Below the pieces are notes generated by a model. The model had not been told where the DNA came from, did no database searches, and saw only the letters and a program-made list of their open reading frames with translations. This document shows positions 13,972 to 25,574 of a stretch of 64,000 nt of DNA, in pieces. Location: the NCBI GenBank assembly GCA_977016875.1, contig CDRNST010000104.1, forward strand, positions 3,348,001-3,412,000, given 5' to 3'. Positions within the stretch are counted from its first letter, which is position 1; each line of letters begins with the position of its first letter. A program made the position numbers and the translations under genes. The DNA is from Pavona decussata. Its lineage: Eukaryota.

Positions 13972-15477
13972 CCCGACGTTCTTGTTGTGGTTGCGGATGC
14001 TGTAACTGCTGCGGTGGCTTTGGATGCCCGGAATGTTGTCATCATTGCTGTGGAGGATGTTGTGGATGCGGTGGCTGCGACTCAATGACGTTTCCAGTCA
14101 CTTTTGGAGCATGCGTCGATAATCCATGTTGTCAGTGCTGTAAGAAGCCGCCAAAAAAAGGCTTTTGCCAGTGGCCCTGTATGTGGCCGTGCTGCTGCGA
14201 GTGCAAGGTTCCTCAGTTTAAATTGAAACCATTGAAGCCCAAAGCAGTCCCTAAGGAATGTCATGACTGTTGCCATGGCTGTGACTGTTGCCATGGCTGC
14301 GGCTGTTGCCATGGCTGCCACTGTTGCCATTGCTGCCACTGTTGCCCATGCTGCTGCCGAAAACGCACAGGTAGCAAATTAATACAGGACACGACATAAG
14401 TTGCCGCAGAAACTAGCAATTCTTCAAAAGTACCCTTGGTATAGCCAGAGTGGTTCAGCTATAGACTTTAAAAACCAAATATTAATTTTTACTTTGCAAA
14501 GTAACAAAGACAAGCAGCACATAAGATGAGCAGACTGCTTACTCATCAATATATCATCGATATCCGTGTACCGTTGTTTAGCAACCGATTAATGATGATC
14601 GATGATCTATCAGTAACATAGGTTTTATGAAAGTAACCGAATTTTAGTCGGTCACGGGTTCTAAAGAGATTTGACTGGAAATTTTAAGCCGCCATATGAA
14701 AGAAGAATGAAACCAAATTTCGAACTAAACATAACAAGAAATCATTTTGAAATAGATGCAAATAGTGGAAAAGATTAATCTTGCTTTGAACACTAAACCT
14801 TGTGCATACAATGATCCAGCTGTAACTTCATTGTAAAACTTTTCTTTTCTTAGGAAATTGCAAAAAGCGATGTCTTCTTCCACAAGCCATCGAAAGTATT
14901 CAGCCTTTTCCTTACGTGTACGGTCCTGTTGTACCCTTTTATTATGGAGTTCCATTCGTGCCGAACTACCCTTATTACTACGTCTGAAAAGAGTAAGTCA
15001 AGGGACCAAGCAGTAGGATTATAGGTTTAATTTTTACTTGGAATTTTAACAAACGAATTTCAATATCACAGAAAAGTTAACCTTTAACCACAATATGATG
15101 GCAACCTGTCTGGGAAAATGTATATGCAACTGTATGGCAATACAGTTGCAAATTTGATTGAATGGATGGTTGGCTTTTTTGTGGACTGATTGACTAGTCA
15201 ATAAATCGATTAACTGATTAATGGGTTGATTGATTGACTGATTAATGGCTAGAGTGCCGAGTGAGTGAGTGAGTGGGTGGGTGAGTTAGTGAGTGAGTGA
15301 GTGACTGACTGACTAATAAAATGATTGTTTGATCCTGGTAATACCTTTTCTGTAAAGGGTAATATCCAACTGTAATAACATAAAAACAACCAAAAATACT
15401 TTATTAACGTTAAGCAATTTAAAAGGTCATGATGATCGTTAATTTACTTTTTCCGTTTACTTGCAGGTCATCGTTGA
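13972..15477 (+). CDS. Cassette 2: Cys/His-rich WPCMWPCCC-domain exon 13972-14370 plus short terminal exon 15467-15477 (GHR*)
   Basis: TTAACAG| (A)RR-SCCGCGCCNCCGGF...FPVTFGACVDNPCCQCCKKPPKKGFCQWPCMWPCCCECKVPQFKLKPLKP...CHCCHCCHCCPCCC-RKRT G|GTAGCA, then TTGCAG|GT CAT CGT TGA; AATAAA at 15694. Confidence 0.75.
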
Positions 15478-16006
15478 AGACATATTGCTAATGTTGAAGT
15501 AGAACGCAGTTACAACAAATCATTTAGAGGAATACTGGACCCTTTAGAATAATGTTTAGATTGTTAAAATTGTAGATTTAAAATTAGTTAGGATAAAGAA
15601 ATTGATTATAGCATAGTTTTATTTGCCCCGAAGTAAAAGGTTTATTTTCGGTAAACATTTGCACCACTCGTACGAAAAGATATAAATTTCATGAATAAAA
15701 GAAATTTGAAAAGTATAATAAAGAAATATTTAGCGCTACAACTCATTGTTGTTTCACTTATTTAACATAAAGAGCAGCATTAAATGGCGTAATCTGCGTA
15801 ATCGTTTACGTTAAAAGCTTTCACCTAATTCCGTTCGTTTAAAATGTTCAGTTAATATAAGGCAAATGTTGCTGTGTAGTAAGCATTAAATGTCTGCCAA
15901 GTAAAAATGTGAGATTTCAAATATATTTCCATAAATTGTAACATATGTTTTATTGTTGTGCATCATTTTTGTACTATTTTGTTCTTTTTAACTTCTATTC
16001 TTATAG

Positions 16007-16903
16007 AGAAGCGATGCGGATGCGGCGGATGCGGTGGATGCGGAGATGCCTTCGACTCCGGCGGCTGTGACTACACGGGGGGCTGCGGTGGAGCATACGG
16101 AGGGGTTTACGGACCAGGAGGCGGATGCGGGGGATGTGGATGCGGAGGTGGATGTGGAGGAGGACCCAGCTGTTGTGGAACGAACGACTGGTGCGCTGCT
16201 GGTACGATGTGTTCCAACTGCAAGGGAGGATTCGGTCCCCCGATCACATGCTCCGGATGTAACACCGGCTGCTGCCCAAGTCTCACTTTCCCTTGCGCTT
16301 TTGGAGCCACTGTCAACAATCCCGGTTGTGAATGCTGCAAGGAGAAGACTCCCCCCGGGAAGTGCAAGTGGCCATGCATGTGGCCTTGCTGCTGCACCTG
16401 CACTCCACCCAAGTTTGAATTCAAACCTCTGAAGCCTGAGCCTGTTTGCCACTGCCCATCACCACACAGCCACCACACGGCCTGTGGACACCATTGTCTA
16501 AAAAGAACATGTATGTTATTGCTATTTTCCCGTTAAATTTATTCAAGTTAACAGAAAGAACTCACAGGTCTAGTATATATCTTTTACTGTATTCCAGGTT
16601 GAGATGTAAATTACTACGAAACTTACCTTAAGCTGGAACGAAAAGCGTAAAATAATCTAAGCACAGTATTACTGTTTAGATTTAATGAGGTCGAAACTTT
16701 GTTAGTGGGAAAAGTTCTCTTTTACTAATGGCTACCATTTCTTCTGTTTTTGTATATCAGCTAAGCAAGGCCCTGTGAAACGCAGTTTGATGGAGGAGCA
16801 GCTGTCTGTTTACATGCAAGCTCCCTACAGTTATGGCTATGCACAGGTCTACAACCCATTCTTTTATGGAGTTCCTATGATGCCTTTTCCAAGACGATTT
16901 TAA
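16007..16903 (+). CDS. Cassette 3: Gly/Cys-rich WPCMWPCCC-domain exon 16007-16510 plus Tyr/Pro-rich terminal coding exon 16761-16903
   Basis: TTATAG| (E)KR-CGCGGCGG...GTMCSNCKGGF...CKWPCMWPCCCTCTPPKFEFKPLKPEP...CLKRT T|GTATGT, then TATCAG| SKQGPVKRSLMEE...PYSYGYAQVYNPFFYGVPMMPFPRRF*. UTR intron 16918-17299; AATAAA at 17514. Confidence 0.85.
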
Positions 16904-18177
16904 ACGGATCAAAAAAGGTACTTCTTATGGCAAAGAATTCATTTGCGGTAAAATATCTAAATGTTGTTATTAATTTTCATCATAATTTCAGCTTGATTTG
17001 GCAAAAAAATTTCTCAGACTCAAACACAACGTAAATCCCTTTCTAGAATTAATCCACGTATTGGTAACTTCTACAGCTTGTCATGAAGGCCACATTTAAA
17101 AACTGAAATCAGTGAGAATATGTTCTATTGTTAAGAATCGTTTAGCGCTTTATGTAGCAATTGGGACTATTAAATTCAACTCACAATTATAATGGGCGTT
17201 TGATACCAATGTGGATGCCCATTGGAAATGTACTGGGGATACCTATACACATTGACTTTTCCTGTTCTGAAGGGCTTTTTTCTTTCATTATTCTTTCAGA
17301 TATCGCGGCTTCATAAAGTGGCATCAGTGTCCACAGATAACAAAAGCAACGCTTCAAATTAACCAGGAAATGTTCAACAAATGAAGAAAGAAGAAAGATT
17401 CATTGCTTTGCAAAACAGAACATTATATGCTTAGAAAGAAACAAAACCTTTTCAGAAACATCGCCATGTGTGGCGAATGATTGTTTACACAATTTTAATA
17501 ACAGAATTTGCTCAATAAATTGAACAGAGATTTAATACGATTTTTGTGTTCTTGTCATTTCCTAGATTTTCATCGCATCCGGTAAGGCAAACCAAGCCAC
17601 CCTTTTCTTCTTCTTTTCTTCTTCTTTTACTAAGTGGTATTGAGTTTTAATATTCTTACGTCAGGCTCCTTTAATGTTATGAGTAATTGACGTCCTGAAA
17701 TTTCTTTGTTAATTCTGTGACTCTTGTTCCTTTTACTGAACAAGTGATATCATTTCTATCCCTTGCATCTCTGTTTTTTTCTTTGTGTGTTTGCCAACTT
17801 GGCGGAAACACATAGCACTTCTAAACCACTCGATATAAATGCATGGAGTATTTCATTCAAAGACAGTGCGGCATTTGATGACAGCTACTAAGCAACATTT
17901 CTATTAAGGTATACTTACTTTTGGAGTTACTTTTACTTTTTTTTTCATCCTTTTATAACAAGTATTGGATGTTCACTTTTCAAATTTGTACTGTCTTTAT
18001 TTGATAAGAATTCACATGTTCACACTCACCTTTCTGTGGGGAAATTATTTACAACTCTCAGGATATCGCTAAAAGGCAAATATTACGGCTTTTTAGGTAC
18101 TTAACGTATTAGCGAGTTTGATTTTGGCTATCACTTAGAAGTCATTACCTATCTTATCATTTTTGCATTTTTTCCAG

Positions 18178-18781
18178 AGAAACGTCAATTCTGTGGAGGA
18201 TGTGACGGTGGATGTGGAGGGTGTTGCGGGCCGAATGACTGGTGTGCTGGCGGTACCATGTGCTCCAATTGCAAAGGAGGTTTCTACCCACCAGTGACCT
18301 GCGGAGGATGCAATACCGGATGCTGCCCTGGTATTACATTCCCTTGCGTCTTTGGTGCCAGTGTCAACAACCCCGCTTGCGAATGCTGCAAGGAGAAGAC
18401 TCCACCTGGACAATGCAAGTGGCCATGCATGTGGCCTTGCTGCTGCACCTGCACTCCACCCAAGTTTGAGTTCAAACCTCTGAAGCCTGAGCCTGTTTGC
18501 CACTGCCCATCACCACACAGCCACCACACGGCCTGTGGAAACCATTGTCTGAAAAGAACATGTAAGTCCTGGAAAACGTCTGTCCGTAAATTTTTGAAAA
18601 TGTTTTGCTCCATGAGGACGCCCTCTCGAGTTCCACACGAAACGACACTATACTTACAAGGGTCATATATACAGAATATGGTACGTTTTGGAACGCACTC
18701 CAATAGCCTTTCTGTTGTTTGGCATATAAACTGTTTGATCCAGTTAGAGAGAAGTGATCGAGTCTTCTTCCGTGAAATTAG

Positions 18782-18814
<33 letters not shown>

Positions 18815-19065
18815 CGATAACGAGACACGAAACGAAAAAAAGTTGTATGTTGGTGCATTTCTATTCACATCCCTGATTTCAAAGGTGGAAACATCAATAG
18901 ACTTCTTTCATTTGATCCACAGCTAGAAGCGGCCCAGTAAAGCGAAGCCTAATGAATGAAGGCCCTTCTACCTTTCTGCCGACGCCTTACAGTTATGGTT
19001 ACGCCCCAATTATCAGCCCATTCTACAATGGTGTCCCAAATGTGGTTTTCCCAAGACCGTATTAA
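18178..19065 (+). CDS. Cassette 4: WPCMWPCCC-domain exon 18178-18561 plus terminal coding exon 18923-19065
   Basis: TTCCAG| (E)KR-QFCGGCDGGCGGCCGPNDWCAGGTMCSNCKGGF...CLKRT T|GTAAGT, then CCACAG| SRSGPVKRSLMNE...PYSYGYAPIISPFYNGVPNVVFPRPY*. UTR intron 19086-19336; AATAAA at 19507. Confidence 0.85.
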
Positions 19066-20152
19066 GACGGAACTAATGTGTTGAGGTACTTAGAGTTACA
19101 AACCACTTAAAAAGTCTAAAACGTACGTTAGTCGGATATATACTCGTTAAATCACAGAGGTTTCGTTTAATTTTTTCGTAACGTAAGAACGATTTTGACA
19201 ATATTTATGCACGAGAAAAGTATCTTAATCATTTCATGTCATCATTTTGGAAGTGGAATAATCGTGTGTGAAATGAAATGAGATTGTATCAATGGAAAAT
19301 TGGTTTTGATTCCTTCTCTCTCGTTTTATTTTTCAGTTATATCTACCTCTAAAGAGTGAAACAAGAGTTATTTAGCGTACAAAAACTTCAGTAAGATCAT
19401 TCTACAAGACGCTAGGAGAGGATTTTCATTTCCAAGAAATGAAATTGCGTTTTCTTGTAACCTAAGAATATATATTTGTAATTTTAAAGTTTGATGACAA
19501 AAATTGAATAAATTGTTTAGAAATGATATTTGTTTGCGTCTCATTTTTATGATCGAGTAAATTATATTAAATTAATATGTACACCTATGGATTTGAATAA
19601 ATTGTTTAGAAATGATATTTGTTTGCGTCCCATTTTTATATCGGGTAAAACATAATTCATTAATATGCATATCCATGGATTTGACTTGCATTAGAGTCAT
19701 CAAGGACGAAGCAAACTCACCGGCACAATGTCATGGAACTACACACCATATTCACCAAGGTATCACGTGTCATTGTCATGTCATTGTTATCACTTCATTT
19801 AGCCACTAATCCACTTAGTCACTAATACATTAAACATTGTTCTGTGGAAACTGCAAGGCTAATCTCTTAGCATAACGTGGGTACTTTATCAAGCTAAATT
19901 GTAACTGGCTAAATATTCATGGTTACTTCAGTAATAACGTATGGTAAAATAACATAAATTTTGTCAAATCGAGTGGAATGATTTCTAAATAAAGTGATAA
20001 TTTACTTATTCGTACTTAAGCTGAGCAGTTTCAAATAATAACTTGTAAACTTAACGTTAAATAACCCACAAATTGTTGTTTTATATAAAATCATAGCAAA
20101 GCTTAAAAAGTTATACGTGCGTTGTTCACCTTTTTCGTTCTTATCTTCGCAG

Positions 20153-23100
20153 CTAAACGACATTGGGGTGTCGGACACGGCTACGGCCTTGGCGGATTTG
20201 GCGGCTTTGGTGGATGTGGTGGATTTGGCGGGTGTGGTTGTTGTGGCTGCGCAGAAGGTACCATGTGCTCAAACTGCTGTGGTGGTTTCGGTCCTCCAGT
20301 TGGCTGCGGATGCGGTGGTGGTTGCGGCCTTTCATTTCCGTGCACGTTTGGCGCTTGCGTGAACAATCCTTGCTGTGAATGCTGCAAAGAGAAGCCACCG
20401 AAAGGAATGTGCCAGTGGCCATGCATGTGGCCCTGCTGCTGCCAGTGTAAACCTCCCGAGTTTAAGTTCAAGCCCCTGGAACCCAAACCTGTATGTCATG
20501 GTCATCATCACTGTCATCGCAGATCACGCAGCCACAAGAAATCGAGTAGGTCATTTTTATTTTAGATGATTGATTACTGTAGTGTATGTTAAAGTTAACT
20601 CATGGACATCCTACTCAGAGTTAGTCCTGAAAAGGAAACGGGAGAACGCACGAGGCAGAAAAAACAATTTTCGACTTCGGCGAGAATGGAGCCAATGACC
20701 TCGGGATGAGAGCAAGTCGCGGGTGATAATGATAGTAACTGCGGCAAATGTAAAAGTGAAAGATGCAAATTATTTTTTGTATTTTAACGTACACTACTGA
20801 GTCAATTCTCTGATCCATCATTTGTGTCATTGATGCAATTTTGGGTCTAGTTAAATTGACTTAGTCCCTTATTGCAATAGCAATCAGCTGCCTAAGCTTC
20901 GAACAAATGCTGGACGTAAAATAAACACCGTCATTTCCAATAAGATCAGAAGGCGATTGTTCCGAATTACGCCTTTCTGTACTGTCATTTTATTTCCCGA
21001 TCTGGCCCAGCGTTTATCCGGGGTCCGGCGTTTGTTTGAGAGTAATCTACGCTGTGATGTTTTTGAAATTCCTTTCCTTCCAGTAACAGATTTGCAACAT
21101 GTTTAGCAAAAACCGACGGCTGTGATTTAACTCCAGTCTTACAATGCGCAACAAGTATATAATATCTTCTTAAGTATATGAATTATGACTACATTTTTTT
21201 TTACCTTGTGGTTTAACTAATTTTGTGGTATTATTTCGTCTTGTTACACAGAGCAAGAAGGTCCTGTCAAACGCACTATGATGAAAGCTTTCAAGGAAAG
21301 TTCGTTTCCAGCCGACTATCCTCAATTCACAACATTCCAAGGTGGCAACGTTCCATTCAATGGACCACAATATCCAGGTGGGCCTGTTCCATTCGGTGGA
21401 AGCTTTTTCCCCAGAGCTAACTCTCCATTCATTGGCCGTCCATTTCCAGTTGGCCCTTCTCTGTTTCCAGCCGGAATGCCTCCACTTGAAGCCCGCTCCT
21501 TACCAATGAGTGGCCCTATATTCAGTGAACGTTCGTTCCCAGGTGCCAAATTTAAATCTGATGACAGTTCGCTCCCAGGCGCTAATTCTCCGTTTGATAG
21601 CCGTTCGTTCCCAGCTGGACCACCCTCCCCTTTCCTTGGACCTTTGTTTCCGGGAAGCCCATCTCCATTCAGTGCAGCTTTATTTCCAGGTGGCAATTCT
21701 CCATTCCCGAGAGCAGCTTATCCTACATTTACCTTTCCTACTGTGAACAGTTTTCCCTTGAAGCCTCAAGCTATTCTTCACGTTCCTGCGAAGAAGTCAA
21801 TACCTTCGGGTGCTCAGGTATGTCAGCCAGGATGTTCTATTTTGTGTCAATCGACGTAAAACATAACATCTTATTACTCAACATAATTCGATGTTTGGCC
21901 TTTATTTCTACCATCATCACAAAACTGAATGAAACGAAAGTAAATGGAAATATTGTACATTCCACAAGCTTAAAAGAAAGCAGCGCAAAATCGGAACGTC
22001 GGTTATGAACAAGACCTATGAACAGAATTAATGGAGAAACGACGCTGAATTGAGAAGTTGCGCAAAATACCAATGCAATGTTATTGCTCTTTGTAAGGTA
22101 ATTCGAGAGCGACTTAGATTCAGGATTCCACGCTTTGGATACCAGATTCCAATGACTCGATACCGATTTCCACGTTGGTGGATTCCGGGTTCCAAAAGAG
22201 GCTGGATTTTAGATGTTAGGCTCTATCTTTAAGCGCTTTGTATTGCATTTTTCCAGATATTACAGGAAGAGACTTCAGTAGTGGTTCTTTGTATTAAGTA
22301 ACGCTTCGCGTAAGAACTATGGTGGAGAACAATAGGCCGCGGCAACGAGAGCCGTTTTTCTCCCGTGTTGAACTAAGGTGTTATAATCTCCAAATGAGCT
22401 TTCTCATTCGGTAAAACGCTATTTGGCGCGAAATTCAAATGATTTGAAGAAAATTTTTTATGTTGGAACCCGAGCAATTCGCTGAATTTCGCATATTGCA
22501 TTTACATTCTAATAATCTTTGCATAGCCGAAAAGGAATAGAAATCGTATGTGGGGAAATGCGTGTTTGGTTGATGACGGCCCGGAGAGTGGTATTTTTAC
22601 CTTTCTTTCGTCAAAATTTTGACAGATTTATAAATAATTTACAGTAAAGTTATGCAATCCAGTGTTTACTTGTTCAGGATACAATCACCAGATATGAAAT
22701 GTTTCATAGCATTTTTGTAATTTATTTTCTTCTCTATAGTTATTCCAAATGATTTTTGCTCGCCAGACGTTATTATTATTTTCTTTATTCATTGTCGACT
22801 GAATATCGCCGGCTAACGGAGATCAAAATAACTTCCAGAATGGCGTATTTACCGCCTCAACACTTTCTGAATATGAAGAAAGTTTTCGGCAAACAACCAT
22901 ATACGAGTGGTCTCGTAACGTCCAACATCTCTAAATATTACGACTATAACCGAAAATTTTCATATTTTGCGTCAATGAAATCAACAGCAACCCCGAGGGA
23001 TTCTCTAAGTCTAAGAAAGTGCTTGACGCGCACAGGCCGACGCAAGCGGCAATCACGGACTCTCAACAGCCAACGAAACCAAAAAAAAATTACAACATCC

Positions 23101-25058
23101 GTAAACAGGCAATATTGAATGAGTCAGTTAAAGCTGTAGCAACAACCGCGACTACAAAAGCAGATCCTCATACAGTTCCTCTTCAAAAGCTGACAACACG
23201 GACAGTGCGTTGCATTCATCTTCTGTTTACAAGTCTAGTGTACCACTTGAAACGGAGTGAACCGTCTTCGTAAAGGTGGATTTCCACTGTCGCGTAAATT
23301 TTACGTGCGTACAGACGTGAATTTAGCTGGCTTTACGTACGTAAATGGAATAAGAAGCGATATATGAGCCGCGTGCGTAAACGTAAAAAGTTGAACAGCA
23401 CTCAACTTTTTACGTTTACGCACGCGGCTCATACATCGCTTCTTATTTTATTTACGTACGTAAAGCCAGCTAAATTCACGCCTGTACGCACGCAAAATTT
23501 ACGCGACAGAGGAACAACAATTCGTCTGCAGAAAATCTATATCCATGTGCCACAATAGTTCGTACATTTTCATATGAGCACAAACAAGCTACCGCCAAAA
23601 TCGTAATCTTCTCGCAATTACCTGAAATGTTCGCATATTCCAGTCGACTGAGGGCGTTTTTTCCGTGAAAAATGGTGCTCTGATCAAGAAACGCACAATT
23701 GGAGATGTCTAAGTATTCCAAATCACTGGCTTTGTTGACGATTTGCAGACGATTTGCAGAAGCTGTTGTGGACCGCGCTTGCCGACTTCAATTCGATCGA
23801 CGACCCGCGTATATCGCCAAATCCCCACTCCGAATGAAAAGGACAGCAGCATACAGCCGCAAAAAGGCATAATACACTAAGAGATGATCAATTTCAGAAA
23901 AGATGGACAATTACAAGAAAATAATGACTCAGGAGAACTCTTCTTTTTCGCGTCACAGCAACAATCAAAGATGGCGGAAGATCACTGAACGTTCTTGACG
24001 GACCGTAACCATGGTTCCCCACATGCGATTCTCTTAAAATTTTCGTGACACATAGAACAATAGTTATATTCCATATATGGAACATTGAAAGGGAATTTTT
24101 GAATATTTTACTGCCATTTTTTAACATTTTTTTATTTCTAGCCAATCACAAGGCTAGATTTTAATTAGTTAATTGGAAACAGACAACCGGTTAATTCACG
24201 CTGTGTTGCCGATTTTTCTATAGTTCTTACGCGAAGCGTTACTTAAAAGGGAGTTGTGCCAAAAATTGAATGTGTTTCCATGGATGTGTGCAGGTTTTTG
24301 GTTTCTCCTATAATAAGAAATTCATTCAGGGATAAAATGAGACTTTGGCTTATCTTTGAGGTATAAAAGAGAGATGCGCTTTTTTAAGCTGCAAAAAGAA
24401 GGCAGTAGCTGACAGAACTGCACCACGAAAAGTCGTCAACAGATCAGCTATTGCGACTTAATAAAATTAATGATAATAAAAAAAGAGTTTAAAGAGTGGA
24501 AGAGAGCCTGGAAAATGGTCAGAAATGCGTGTAGTTTTTGTATACTAATTATCCTCGCGATGCGGTTGTGTCATCCAACACAATAGTTTTCACACCGGAT
24601 GTGTCGATATTTCCCAGGGCAGGTTGAACGAAAGAAACGTGTGTGAGGTCGCCAGCTCGGAACAGCGGCTTTCGGGAAGCTACGGAAAGGGTGAAGAACC
24701 ATTGTTACAAGAAGTGGATTACAGCAATGTTGACTCTGACTCCAATCGTTGGATTCTGGTTTCCAAGAGCTTGATACCTGATCCTATAACCCTGAATTCC
24801 GGAATGTAGATTACCCTACATAGTGGAATTATGAAATTAGACCCGACCGGACGTCTACTTATTACTTTATTTAATATTTTATTTTGCTTGATTGTATTTA
24901 AGGTTTCTATAAGAGTACAAACTGGTGCTGACTCGGAGAAAAGAACCCCAACTGATGAAATGGAGAAGCAAGAAGAAGAAAATGGAGATCAAGAACAAAA
25001 ACCAGAACAGGAACAAGAACAAGAAGCCGGAGAAGAAGAAGAGGAAAAGCAAGAATGA
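20153..25058 (+). CDS. Cassette 5: WPCMWPCCC-domain exon 20153-20545, Phe/Pro/Gly-rich exon 21252-21817, acidic terminal exon 24903-25058
   Basis: TCGCAG| (A)KR-HWGVGHGYGLGG...CQWPCMWPCCCQCKPPEFKFKPLEPKP...HKKS A|GTAGGT; ACACAG| KQEGPVKRTMMK...(FPGGxSPF repeats)...SGAQ|GTATGT; TTTAAG| VSIRVQTGADSEKRT...EEEEKQE*; AATAAA at 25253. An unspliced stop at 21859 is an alternative end. Confidence 0.8.
22298..24242. mobile_element. Non-autonomous DNA transposon with ~23-bp TIR (GTAACGCTTCGCGTAAGAACTAT), flanked by TTAA (or TA)
   Basis: TTAA-GTAACGCTTCGCGTAAGAACTAT at ~22294-22320 and ATAGTTCTTACGCGAAGCGTTAC-TTAA at ~24220-24246. The duplicated copy has the empty site GTATTGAAAGGGAG at 31682. Confidence 0.85.
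23282..23514. mobile_element. Near-perfect palindromic (fold-back) MITE nested in the TTAA element
   Basis: Arms of ~110 bp (TTCCACTGTCGCGTAAATTTT...AAAAGTTGA / TCAACTTTT...AAAATTTACGCGACAGAGGAA) around a ~7-nt loop. Confidence 0.85.
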
Positions 25059-25574
25059 AGATATATTTTGACGATTCTAGCTGGTGCCGCCTTTAACTGT
25101 AATCCTCCAATCTCTGTCGAAAGTGAAGGAGGAGAGATCAATGCTTACTTCCAGATCACGTTTCGTTAATGCAAGAGGGACATTTTTCTATGATACCCAC
25201 TCATGTATTTGTTCATTTTTGGAATTATTTACCTTCTGTAAGAAAAGAATGAAATAAACTTCTCTAGAGCCGTAGTGACAAGAAATTTGAAAAGCATAAT
25301 AAAGAAATATTTAGCGCTACAACTCATTGTTGTTTCACTTATTTAACATAAAGAGCATCATTAAATGGCGTAATCTACGTAATCTTTTACGTTAAAAGCT
25401 TTCACCTAATTCCGTTCATTTAATGTAAGACAACTGTTGCTGTGTAGTAAGCATTAAATGTCTGCAAAGTAAAAATGTCAGATTTTAAATATATTTTAAT
25501 AAATTGTAACATATGTTTTATTGTTGTGTATCATTTTTGTACTATTTTGTCCTTTTTAACTTCTATTCTTACAG

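Noticed and set aside
15866-15884. ATG TTG CTG TGT A|GTAAGC micro-exon before cassette 3
   Set aside because: The ATG is lost in the duplicate, whose cassette 3' is intact, and four residues cannot act as a signal peptide.
15958-16536. ORF-track N- and C-terminal extensions of the Cys-rich ORFs (also 13746, 20122, 25475, 30563)
   Set aside because: They are intron polypyrimidine tracts read through splice sites from non-ATG or incidental starts.
17834-17908. TATAAAT plus an AG|GTATAC donor upstream of cassette 4 as a private first exon
   Set aside because: The phase-1 frame has TAA just before the donor and there is no signal peptide. At most this is a non-coding exon; it remains the main alternative to test by 5' RACE.
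19612-19759. ORF ending at a phase-1 G|GTATCA upstream of cassette 5
   Set aside because: The donor is weak, there is no convincing signal peptide, and the ORF overlaps the poly(A) region of cassette 4.
9116-20545. Calling the cassettes minicollagens, metallothioneins or keratin-associated proteins
   Set aside because: There is no Gly-X-Y collagen tract or canonical CRD spacing. The resemblance to MT/KRTAP is compositional only, so no gene symbol was assigned.
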